This document shows positions 25,900 to 34,143 of a stretch of 38,551 nucleotides of DNA, piece after piece. Both the position numbers and the translations under genes were made by a program. The DNA comes from Candidatus Methylomirabilota bacterium (GTDB taxonomy: Bacteria > Methylomirabilota > Methylomirabilia > Methylomirabilales > CSP1-5). The DNA lies in contig JAKEGQ010000104.1 of NCBI GenBank assembly GCA_022615475.1, positions 1-38,551 of the forward strand. Direction: 5' to 3'. How positions within the stretch are numbered: position 1 is the first letter of the stretch; the number at the start of each line of letters is the position of its first letter. The notes under the pieces were generated by a model. That model saw nothing but the letters and a program-made list of their open reading frames with translations, did not search any database and was not told where the DNA came from.

Positions 25900-28800
25900 T
25901 CATTCCGCCGTCCGGAAGAAGCGGCAGTAGATCTCCCTCACCGCCTCGGTGTGCCCCAGGAACTCTTGGAGAAGTCCCTGGGTCCTTTCTTCCGGAGGGG
26001 GATCTCCTCGATACAGGTGTCTGGCTAACTCCCCCAGCTCCCCAGCCTCCTCCCGAAACTCATTGAGCGATCGATCATGGATGAGCCGCAATCCGTTCTC
26101 CAGATGCCTGAGGAAGTGGTACGCGGAGATGAGGATCTGATAGTCGCCCTCGGTCAAGAGCTCCTCGGTCCGCAGCTGCGTCAGTGCCTCGACGGTATTC
26201 GTGCGACGCAGGGCCTGATGGGTCCTGCCGAACTGCAGCTGAAGAAGCTGGACGATGAAGAGGATCTCTACCAGCCCCCCTTTCCCGAGTTTGACGTTAT
26301 GCCTCCCTTTGTGTTCCCTGGCCAGCTCGTGACGCATCCGTTCCCTGAGGTGGTGGATCTCCGGGATCGTCTCCTCGGTGAAGGGGCGTTCATACACGAT
26401 CCGATGCACACCCTCTTGGACCCGAGTCGCCAGCCTCTCATCCCCCGCGACGCACCGGGCCCTGAGCAGGGACTGTCGTTCCCATGTCAGGCCCTGCTCG
26501 GCGTGATAGGCCTCAAAGGCCTCGAGTGATGTCACCAGGGGGCCAAACCGTCCTGAGGGGCGCAATCGGGCGTCCACCTGGTATGCATACCCCTCCCGTG
26601 AGGGGCTGCTCAAGGTAGAGATGAATCTCTGGGCCAGTCGAACAAAGTAGTCGTGGTTCGGGAACCCCCGGGTCGTCTTCCCGTCTCCAGCATAGATAAA
26701 GATCAGATCGAGATCCGAATGATACGCCATCTCCCTCGCGCCGAGGGCGCCCAGGCCCAGGATGACCATCGGGACCTCCCGCTGTCGCCGCTTCGCATCA
26801 ACAGACATGGGGACCCCATACCGGGGCCGGAGTTCTTCTCTGCAGAGTTCCCAGGCGGCCTCCAGGCACACCTCGGCGAGGTCGGTGAGCTGTGCGCTGA
26901 CGCCTTGCGTATCCAGCGCCCCATAGAGATCATTCAGACCGATGCGCAGCAGTTCTGCATGGTGAAACCGGCGGAGGGCGTCGAGTTTTTCTTCGAAGGA
27001 TGGTGATGAACGGAGATCCTCCGTGAGCTCCCGGCCCATGAGGTCGCGTTCCATGTGTGGAGCAGAGGTCTCGGCCAAGACAAAGGTGTCCAAGAGCTCC
27101 GGGTGCTGGATGAAGAAGCTGGACAGGTAGGGGCTCGTCCCGAAGAGACGCATCAGAAAGGTCAGAATCTTGGGATTCTCGGCGAGGAGGGCGTAAAAGC
27201 TCGTTCGCGCCCCGACCCTCGTGAGAAACTCCTCCAGGTGGCTCAGGGCCTGTTCAGGGGAGGGAGACTCCAAGGCTTCGGAGAGCATGGCGGGAGCCAA
27301 CCGCCGCAGGAGCCTCCGGGCCTGCTCCGAAAGACGGGGCAGGGGTGGCCCCTCCCCCTGGCTCAGGGTGAGGAGGGAATGGTACGCCCTCTCCGGAGCC
27401 CGGAAGCCCGACGCTGCGAGCTTTTCGAGGATCCGTTCTTTGGCATCCGGATCCGGCAGGAGGTCAAGAAAGTCGCTCGTCTCACCCGAGACCGCCCCCG
27501 ATGGCCGGGCAAAGAGGCGAGTGGTGATCTCCCGGACGGCCACCGCGCGCTCTTGCACGTCAGCGCGAAGGGCCTCGCCCGGCTTTGCACCCCGATAACC
27601 TATGGCCCTGGCCATGCGCGCCAGATCCTCCGGGACGTCGGGGAGGGTATGGGTCTGCTCGTTGTGAGCCATCTGCAGCCGGTGTTCCAGGGTCCTCCAG
27701 GTGATGTACGCCTCTCGGAGGCACCTGTGATCCTCAGCGTGAATGATCCCGAGTGCCTCCAGCTGTTCCAGGGTCCGCAGGGTGTTCCACTCCCGAAGCA
27801 CCCGATACTTCCCCCCGTAGATGAGCTGCAGTGCCTGGACAAAAAACTCGACCTCTCGGATGCCTCCCGTCATGTATTTGAGATTAAATGGGCCCCGGGT
27901 GCTGGCGCGTTCCTGCTCCAGCCTCGTCTTCATCCGCTGGATCTCTTCGATAGCGGTGAAATCGAGGTATCGTCGATAGACGAAGGGCTCGACCCGCTGC
28001 AGGAACTCTCTGCCGAGATCGATATCGCCCGCCACAGGCCTGGCCTTGATCAGGGCTGCCCGTTCCCATGTGTCGCCCCACGACGCATAGTAGAGCTCTG
28101 CGCCGCGGAGCGAGTTGGTGATATTCCCGGATTTTCCGTGAGGCCGGAGCCTGAGGTCGGTCCGGAAGACGAATCCCTCCTCGGTGATCTCTCCCATCGC
28201 GCCGGTGATCATTTCGGCGAGCTTCACGAAAAAGGTGTCGGATCGCAGCCGCTCCTGGCCATCCGGGCCGGACCCTGCCTCGGTCTCTCCCTCGTCCGAC
28301 GTGTGCAGATACTGGAGGTCAATATCGGAGCTGAAGTTCAACTCCCTCCCCCCGAGCTTCCCCATCCCCAAGACCACAAATCCGCGCGGCTCCACCCCCT
28401 TCCGGGCCTCCCGAGCCGGCGGTCGGCCAGACTCGGCGCTGAGTGTCGTATAGCAATACCGGTACGCCAGTTCCAGGCAGGCACTCGCCAGGTCCGAGAC
28501 TTCCTGGGCCACCTCTGGGAAGGGCGCCATCCCGCCGAGATCCCTGAGCCCGATCCGAAGGACCTCCCGCTGCTTGAACCGGCGGAGTTTAGACCGGAGG
28601 TCTGCAAGATCCTGAATCGGCTCTGCGAAGGCCTGGAGAGCGGCACGATGATCGGCTTCTCCTCTGTGCGTATTGATCCCCCCTTCGCAAAAGAGCCATC
28701 GAAGGATCTGGGGATCACGAACCAGCAGTGTGGTGAAGTACGGGGAGAGGGCGAAGGCAGTGACGAGAATCCCGAGGGCCCTCTCGTCCCGGAGCAGCGA

Positions 28801-29058
28801 GCTCAGAACCGATCCAGGTGCGGATGCGACACTCTCAAAGCCATCGAGGGCCCGGTCCGGATCAGGAGATTCTGCACAGAGGGAAAGGAGCCGTGGGAGG
28901 GCAGGCCTCAACGCTTTCTGTTGCTGGAGGCTCTTGAGATTGCTGAGCACCCTCTCATTGTCGGCAAAGCCGATCTTTTTCACGAGGGGCCCAAGACCCT
29001 TCCACTGCTTCGATGCGAGGGCAGAGCCGATGCGGGCCTGAAGGTTCGTCATCTTCAC
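25900..29058 (-). CDS. glnE: bifunctional glutamine synthetase adenylyltransferase/adenylyl-removing enzyme
   Basis: About 1050 aa with two nucleotidyltransferase halves (GMGKLGGRELNFSSDIDL and LGLGALGAREMAYHSDLDL). The start may be GTG 29058 or ATG 29052. Confidence 0.9.
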   Translation of the reverse strand: MKMTNLQARIGSALASKQWKGLGPLVKKIGFADNERVLSNLKSLQQQKALRPALPRLLSLCAESPDPDRALDGFESVASAPGSVLSSLLRDERALGILVTAFALSPYFTTLLVRDPQILRWLFCEGGINTHRGEADHRAALQAFAEPIQDLADLRSKLRRFKQREVLRIGLRDLGGMAPFPEVAQEVSDLASACLELAYRYCYTTLSAESGRPPAREARKGVEPRGFVVLGMGKLGGRELNFSSDIDLQYLHTSDEGETEAGSGPDGQERLRSDTFFVKLAEMITGAMGEITEEGFVFRTDLRLRPHGKSGNITNSLRGAELYYASWGDTWERAALIKARPVAGDIDLGREFLQRVEPFVYRRYLDFTAIEEIQRMKTRLEQERASTRGPFNLKYMTGGIREVEFFVQALQLIYGGKYRVLREWNTLRTLEQLEALGIIHAEDHRCLREAYITWRTLEHRLQMAHNEQTHTLPDVPEDLARMARAIGYRGAKPGEALRADVQERAVAVREITTRLFARPSGAVSGETSDFLDLLPDPDAKERILEKLAASGFRAPERAYHSLLTLSQGEGPPLPRLSEQARRLLRRLAPAMLSEALESPSPEQALSHLEEFLTRVGARTSFYALLAENPKILTFLMRLFGTSPYLSSFFIQHPELLDTFVLAETSAPHMERDLMGRELTEDLRSSPSFEEKLDALRRFHHAELLRIGLNDLYGALDTQGVSAQLTDLAEVCLEAAWELCREELRPRYGVPMSVDAKRRQREVPMVILGLGALGAREMAYHSDLDLIFIYAGDGKTTRGFPNHDYFVRLAQRFISTLSSPSREGYAYQVDARLRPSGRFGPLVTSLEAFEAYHAEQGLTWERQSLLRARCVAGDERLATRVQEGVHRIVYERPFTEETIPEIHHLRERMRHELAREHKGRHNVKLGKGGLVEILFIVQLLQLQFGRTHQALRRTNTVEALTQLRTEELLTEGDYQILISAYHFLRHLENGLRLIHDRSLNEFREEAGELGELARHLYRGDPPPEERTQGLLQEFLGHTEAVREIYCRFFRTAE

Positions 29059-29244
29059 TGGATCGTACCGTCAAGACGTCCATGTCGCTTTCAGGGTGTA
29101 ACAGGGCGGAACGATTATACCGGGTGACGTTGATCGCGGTCCAGCGGCTTACGTCGTGTCATGCGGCAGGTTTGGAGTTCGAGAGAAGAGCAGCCTCAAT
29201 CCGGAAGAGCAGGACGGGATCCGGCGCAAGGCGGTCAGGATCGG

Positions 29245-29964
29245 CTAAGGGAGCAGGCCCCGGAGTCGCTCTAGCGCTTTGATGGTCAGGCGCCGCCCAT
29301 GCACTTCGAGCAACCCTTCCCGCTGAAATTGGCTCAGGAGGCGCATGGCCGTCTCCGGGCTGAGGCCAACGAGGGCGGCCAGCTCACCCCGACGCAGGTC
29401 TAACTGGAGCGTGATACCCTTCGACCCGGGTTGCCCGTACCGTTCTGCGAGCTCCAAGAGCTGGGTGGCCATCCGCGTGCGGGCGTCGCTCAACGCCACG
29501 GAAGCAAAGCGGACCTGGGTCTCGACCAACACACGGCAGAAGTATCGGAGGAGGGGAATGAGGAGTCCGTCACGACTCTGGAGCAGTTCGAGGAGGGCCT
29601 CGCGTCTTATGAAGGCACTCTGACAGGTTTCGAGGGCCTCAGCGGTATTCGTGAAGGGCATCCCCTCCAGGAGGGCCTCCTCCCCGCAGATCCCCCCGTG
29701 ACCCACGATCCGCAGGATCTGCTGCCGCCCCCGATTGTTACCCCGCGTGAGCTTGACCCGGCCCGAGCAGAGGATGTGGATGCCCAAGGCGGGCATCCCT
29801 TCGTGGTACAGGATCTGTCGGGCCTGATAGGTCCGGCTGTGACGGATCCCCCTCGTCGCCTCGATCTCCTGGGGAGAGAGCCGGCTCATGAGCAGACAGT
29901 TCTGTCTTGCTCTACACTCCGGACACGCGTTGCGTTGCATCGCTCCCTCGTTGAGTCGCCGCAC
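29245..29964 (-). CDS. Crp/Fnr-family transcriptional regulator with an N-terminal Cys cluster (FNR-like)
   Basis: N-terminal CPECRARQNC, a cNMP-binding-like beta barrel and a C-terminal HTH (RGELAALVGLSPETAMRLLSQF). It begins 3 nt after the radical SAM stop. Confidence 0.85.
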   Translation of the reverse strand: MRRLNEGAMQRNACPECRARQNCLLMSRLSPQEIEATRGIRHSRTYQARQILYHEGMPALGIHILCSGRVKLTRGNNRGRQQILRIVGHGGICGEEALLEGMPFTNTAEALETCQSAFIRREALLELLQSRDGLLIPLLRYFCRVLVETQVRFASVALSDARTRMATQLLELAERYGQPGSKGITLQLDLRRGELAALVGLSPETAMRLLSQFQREGLLEVHGRRLTIKALERLRGLLP

Positions 29965-29966
29965 CT

Positions 29967-31112
29967 CTAGGACGCCGGGACATTGGCTGCACCCAGAGAC
30001 CCGCGGGGGATTTCTCCCCGTCCGGGTTGATAGTCACAGAGTGGCTCCTCCCCGAAGCAATCGCCGGTGACCGCATAGGCCCGCGCCCGAGAGCCTCCGC
30101 AGACCCATCGGAACTCACAGCGGCCGCATCGTCCCTTCATCCGATCCATATCCCGGAGCGCCTTCAGCTGGGGAGAACTCTGATAGGTGTCGGCCAGCGG
30201 TGTCTCGCGCACATTCCCGAGCAGCGGATGCGGGAGAAAGCCGGCGGGGTAGACCTCCCCCGTGTGGGAGACAAAGATGACCCCATTGCCGTCCCGAACC
30301 CCGAAGCCCATTCTCCTCCCCAGCCTCCGGATCGCCTCAACGGTCGTCCCCTCGTCGAGCTTTCGCTGGATCCAGTACCTCCGATAATGAGGGGCCTCCA
30401 CCGTGCTGACGTGGAAGGGTGCCTGCCCGGAAATGGAGTACACCCACGCGAAGAGCTTCTCCACGTCCTCCGGCGAGGGGATTCCGAGCGTCGCTCCCCG
30501 CCCCACGGGGACGAGAAGAAACAGACTCCATCGGCGAACGGGAGGCACCGCCTCTTCCCGCAACAGGTGGTACAGCGCGTTCAGATGCGGAAGAGTCTCC
30601 CGCGTGACGGTGGTGTTCACCTGCACGGGGAGATGAAATTCCCGGGCCCACCCCAGCGCGTTCATGGAGCGTTCAAAGGTACCGGGGACTCCCCGGAAGG
30701 TGTCGTGGACCTCGGGGCTCGGTCCATCCAGGCTGATCCCCAGGGCGGCCACGCCGAGACTGCGGAACTCACGGGCCGCCTCGCGGGTCAGGGTCGGGGT
30801 GGTGCTCGGCGTGACGCCGAGGGGGAGGCGGATCTCTCGGGCGTACGCGATGAGCTCAAAGAGATCGGGCCGCTTCATTGGATCCCCACCCGTGAGGATC
30901 ATCATGCTCCCCATGGCCTTGACCTCTCGCATCAGAGCTTTCCCCTCCGCGGTCGAGAGCTCACGCGGATCGCGATGGGGAATCGCCTCGGCCCGGCAGT
31001 GCTTGCATACGAGATCGCAGGCAGTGGTCATCTCCCAATAAACGTTGAGGGGGGCGTCCCAATACAGGGTAAGGAGCCGGGTGGTCTCCTCCAGGAGTTC
31101 TGCGTGAATCAC
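29967..31112 (-). CDS. radical SAM / SPASM-type domain protein
   Basis: CDLVCKHC (CxxxCxxC) near the N-terminus. C-terminal Cys-rich region GRCGRCEFRWVCGGSRARAY...GDC...PLC. GTG start at 31112 with GAGGAGG 6 nt upstream. Confidence 0.88.
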   Translation of the reverse strand: MIHAELLEETTRLLTLYWDAPLNVYWEMTTACDLVCKHCRAEAIPHRDPRELSTAEGKALMREVKAMGSMMILTGGDPMKRPDLFELIAYAREIRLPLGVTPSTTPTLTREAAREFRSLGVAALGISLDGPSPEVHDTFRGVPGTFERSMNALGWAREFHLPVQVNTTVTRETLPHLNALYHLLREEAVPPVRRWSLFLLVPVGRGATLGIPSPEDVEKLFAWVYSISGQAPFHVSTVEAPHYRRYWIQRKLDEGTTVEAIRRLGRRMGFGVRDGNGVIFVSHTGEVYPAGFLPHPLLGNVRETPLADTYQSSPQLKALRDMDRMKGRCGRCEFRWVCGGSRARAYAVTGDCFGEEPLCDYQPGRGEIPRGSLGAANVPAS

Positions 31113-31342
31113 GCCGACCTCCTCAGCGATGAACGGGCTTCGAGTTGCCCCGGCGGGCTCTGTCGTTGATGACGGCGATACCGCCGGCAGAGGATGTGCT
31201 TGGGGGTTCTACAGCGGTTCCAGTACTCCCAGAATCCGGGAAGGGTGCTGAATCCCGAGACCGGATCACGGCACCACGCGGGGACGAGCTGGTCGTCGTG
31301 GACTTGCGGGTCGGAGGGCCACAAGAGGTAAGGGCAGTTCAT
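31109..31342 (-). CDS. small Cys/Trp-rich protein (77 aa), candidate substrate or partner of the radical SAM enzyme
   Basis: ATG at 31342 (AAGGGA 6 nt upstream); an alternative GTG lies at 31363. 19 of the first 21 codons end in G/C, like bona fide genes here. The TGA stop overlaps the GTG start of the radical SAM gene (GTGA). I recognised no family. Confidence 0.5.
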   Translation of the reverse strand: MNCPYLLWPSDPQVHDDQLVPAWCRDPVSGFSTLPGFWEYWNRCRTPKHILCRRYRRHQRQSPPGQLEARSSLRRSA

Positions 31343-31474
31343 GGCGCATCCCTTTCCCGTCACGCCGTCTCTCGGAATCTCTTGGCCGCCGCACTGACCT
31401 AGCGTTCACTGGATCCGGTACCGTCGAGCCACAGCCCTCCCGTCGCCGGACAACTCCCTCCGGATGATCTCAAG

Positions 31475-31490
31475 AGCAAGGGCAGTGCCG
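31475..31490 (-). promoter_or_regulatory. sigma54-like -24/-12 element upstream of the small ORF/radical SAM/FNR cassette
   Basis: The minus strand reads CGGCAC-TGCCC-TTGCT. GG and GC are at exact spacing, with one mismatch (C for T) at the first position. It lies about 135 nt upstream of ATG 31342. Confidence 0.45.
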
Positions 31491-31745
31491 CACCGCGTCT
31501 CAGAAATGCTGAGGGGCAGGAAAACAGATAACCCGTTGATTCTGAAGGACGTCAAATGATCAAAAGGCAAGGGTGAGCCTGGCAGGGAGTGCGGCGATGG
31601 GGCAAGCATGTCCCGGACCAGGCCCTGGTGGGAACGGGAATAGGTGCTTGCTTTTAATGCATTGCGGGCTATTACGGGGAGTCATCCCGTGAGACAGCAG
31701 TGCCACAGGGGACTAGATCCTGTCCCACAGTCTCTTCTGTCTTCC

Positions 31746-32288
31746 CTATTTTTTCCTCGGCGCGCTGCTTTCTTGGCGGACTCGGTCTTGAGACGATTTT
31801 TGCTGCAGGGTCCGAAGATAGTTGACGATGTCCCAGCGCTCCCGGGGCGAGAGGGCGTCCCCTTGGCCGGGCATCAGCGCACCGCCATCCCGGATCGTGC
31901 CGTAGAGGAACCCATCGGGGCGCTGCCGAAAGAGATCGAGGGTCAGGTCGGGCGGGGGGACAAATTTGCTGGCGACGGGGCCACCCCCTTTGGCGTCGGG
32001 ACCGTGGCACAAGGCGCAGTAAATCTGAAAAAGATGCTTGCCGTTTTCGGTGGAGACCGGTCCGGGCTCGACGGGATTTCGCAGCCGCTCCCCGGCCTGG
32101 ACGCGATCCATGGCTGGCTCTTTGCCTTGCCTCGGGACCGACCCTGGGGGGGGCAGGCGTGGGTCTTCCTGCGGCCGGACGGAGGGTTGCTTGACCATGT
32201 CGGTGCTCCACGGCCACCCATACGCGAGGCCCGCCGCCAGGACCACGAGGCCTGCCGCGACCCCGAGCGATCGCCAGAGGCTCGTCAT
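31746..32288 (-). CDS. actE: monoheme cytochrome c, ACIII ActE-like
   Basis: N-terminal membrane anchor and a single CALCH heme motif. WSTDMVKQPSVRP is typical of ActE. ATG at 32288. Confidence 0.7.
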   Translation of the reverse strand: MTSLWRSLGVAAGLVVLAAGLAYGWPWSTDMVKQPSVRPQEDPRLPPPGSVPRQGKEPAMDRVQAGERLRNPVEPGPVSTENGKHLFQIYCALCHGPDAKGGGPVASKFVPPPDLTLDLFRQRPDGFLYGTIRDGGALMPGQGDALSPRERWDIVNYLRTLQQKSSQDRVRQESSAPRKK

Positions 32289-32316
32289 GGGCGAGACTCG
32301 CTTCCATGCCAATCGG

Positions 32317-33591
32317 TTACGCGCTTGACGAGGTCTTCTCAAGGGCGTGCGCTCCTGTGAGATTCGGGATCTCAACCGACGGTGTCAAGGGGAGAATGGG
32401 GAACTGCTGGAAAAAAAAGCCGTAGCTCCACCCCGCCACACCGAGGAACCCGGCCGTCACGCCGATCTCAATCCAGCCCAAGGGGGCGGCCTCCCCGGGC
32501 CAGAGCGACGGGACCACCAATACGTAACGCTCGAGCCACAGCCCGGCACTGATGAGCAGACCGATCGCAAGCATGATCGTTGTATTCTCCTTGGCCCTTC
32601 GGCTCAGGAAGACCACGAAGGGAGCGAGGACGACCGCGACCAGGACGCTCCACGACAAGGGCGCCCAGGGATGCTCCCAGAGACGGAGGACCACGAAGTG
32701 CGTCTCTTCGGGGAGGTTGGCGTACCAGATGACGATGTATTGTGACCAGACCATCGCGGCATACATCAAGGTGAAGCCGAAGACGAGCTTGCCGAGATCG
32801 GAGAGCTGACGAGATGCGATCCCGGGAAGTCCCCGGCGGGCCAGCAGGGCGACCACCACGGTCAGGCCGGCAAGGCCCAAGTAGAAAGAGCTCACGAAGA
32901 AGTACACGCCGAAGAGCGAGCTATACCAGAAGGGATCCAGGGCCATGATCAGGTCAAAGGCCATGAAGGTGTACGTGATCGGATACGCCAGGAGCACGCC
33001 GGCCGCCAGCACATCGACGCCGCGCTCGCTCCGTTGGATCTCCAGTCGCTCGCCCAGCCACCCCTGCGCGAGCACGCTGTAGAGCCATCGCCGCGGCCTG
33101 AGCCCGCGCTCGAGGGCCGCGCCCACCTCGGGCCGCAGGGAGTAGTAGACGAAGAGGAGGCTCAACACGGTCATCGCTCCGAGGCCGAGTCCTCCGCGCA
33201 CGAAGATGAACCGAGGATCGAACCAGGCGCCGCGCAGGGGGTTCACCTCCTGGACGCGGCCGAAGAAGAGGTCCAGGGCGGGATAGAGCGGGAAGAAGAG
33301 CAGGAAACTCAACGGGAGAAAGGCCACCATCCCCTCGGCCAGGCGCCGGATGGTGAGACCCCATCGGGCCTCGACCACGTGGTAGATGGCGGCGAAGACC
33401 ACGGCCCCCTGGGCCAGGCCGCTCCAGAAGAGAAAGTTCACCAGATAGATCTGCCACGCCCGCGCCGGGTCGTGGAGAACGGCGATCAGGAGGATCGCCG
33501 AGCCCAGGCCGCTGAGCCCGATGCACGCTCGCATCACGCCCCGGTTCATGGGGGGCGGCAGCGTCCAGCGCTCTTCCCACCGCTCTGGCAT
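32317..33591 (-). CDS. actF: NrfD-like polytopic membrane subunit, ACIII ActF-like
   Basis: Paralogous to the ActC ORF (compare NFLFWSGLAQGAVVFAAI with NFVFWVGIAHSGTLISAI). ATG at 33591 with GGAGGAAG. Confidence 0.7.
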   Translation of the reverse strand: MPERWEERWTLPPPMNRGVMRACIGLSGLGSAILLIAVLHDPARAWQIYLVNFLFWSGLAQGAVVFAAIYHVVEARWGLTIRRLAEGMVAFLPLSFLLFFPLYPALDLFFGRVQEVNPLRGAWFDPRFIFVRGGLGLGAMTVLSLLFVYYSLRPEVGAALERGLRPRRWLYSVLAQGWLGERLEIQRSERGVDVLAAGVLLAYPITYTFMAFDLIMALDPFWYSSLFGVYFFVSSFYLGLAGLTVVVALLARRGLPGIASRQLSDLGKLVFGFTLMYAAMVWSQYIVIWYANLPEETHFVVLRLWEHPWAPLSWSVLVAVVLAPFVVFLSRRAKENTTIMLAIGLLISAGLWLERYVLVVPSLWPGEAAPLGWIEIGVTAGFLGVAGWSYGFFFQQFPILPLTPSVEIPNLTGAHALEKTSSSA

Positions 33592-33625
33592 CTTCGCTTC
33601 CTCCGTCCGCGTCGGGGAGATCCTT

Positions 33626-34141
33626 TCACTCCCCGACCCGGTGGACCTCCTCCGCATCCGCGCTCTCGAGGAGGCGGGTCACCGTGTCGAAATCCTTGGC
33701 CTCGCAGCGCACCCAGAGTCCAAACCGGTCCTCCGAGAAGCGCGGGTCATACGCCGGAACGGTGTGGATCAGCGGCAGGCGGGCGTTCAGCAGCATCCCC
33801 CCGAGCGTCAGGAGCCCGCCGAAGAGGATCGTCAGCTCAAAGACGATGATGAGGAACGGGGGGATCGAGACAATCGGCTTCCCCCCGGTGATGAGTGAGA
33901 CGTGGAGCGAGGTGCCGATGGTCAGGGTGAACCCCGTCGCCGCGCCCAGGAGGCAGCCGATGAGGGTGAAGACGCGCACCGGACTGGGCGGCTTCTTCAG
34001 TGCCTCGTCGATCGCGTGATGCGGGACCGGCGACAGGGCCTGGAGATCCCGATACCCCGCCTGACGCAGCCGGTTGATGGCCTCGAGGAGGCTGTCCAGG
34101 TGGCGGAAGCTCCCCACGAGCCCTGCGGATGGTCGTGCCAT
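33626..34141 (-). CDS. actD: DUF3341 membrane protein, ACIII ActD-like
   Basis: ATG at 34141, 2 nt after the actC stop. Contains GYRDLQALSPVPHH followed by two TM helices. Confidence 0.75.
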   Translation of the reverse strand: MARPSAGLVGSFRHLDSLLEAINRLRQAGYRDLQALSPVPHHAIDEALKKPPSPVRVFTLIGCLLGAATGFTLTIGTSLHVSLITGGKPIVSIPPFLIIVFELTILFGGLLTLGGMLLNARLPLIHTVPAYDPRFSEDRFGLWVRCEAKDFDTVTRLLESADAEEVHRVGE

Positions 34142-34143
34142 GG

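Noticed and set aside
27055-29127. 690-aa plus-strand ORF. There are many similar long ORFs: 8957..10102, 10689..11546, 12877..14034, 14563..15363, 17721..18794, 18807..19739, 20601..21695, 30027..31169, 33034..33849, 34330..35043, 35784..36788 and 37569..38474.
   Set aside because: All lie antisense to, or out of frame with, genes that have clear family motifs (glnE, treT, ttuA, MFS, radical SAM, pepM, SDR, ACD, act genes). Their translations are Arg/Pro/Gly-rich and low in complexity. This is the usual shadow-ORF artefact of high-GC DNA.
31536-31563. Possible FNR/CRP box (TTGAT...ATCAA).
   Set aside because: The half sites are separated by 18 nt, not the 4 nt of the canonical TTGAT-N4-ATCAA. 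I kept it only as a generic inverted repeat and possible enhancer site.
31406-31609. 67-aa minus-strand ORF between actE and the radical SAM cassette.
   Set aside because: Only about 12 of the first 20 codons end in G/C, well below genuine genes here. There is no SD and no recognisable motif. The region is better explained as a promoter/leader.
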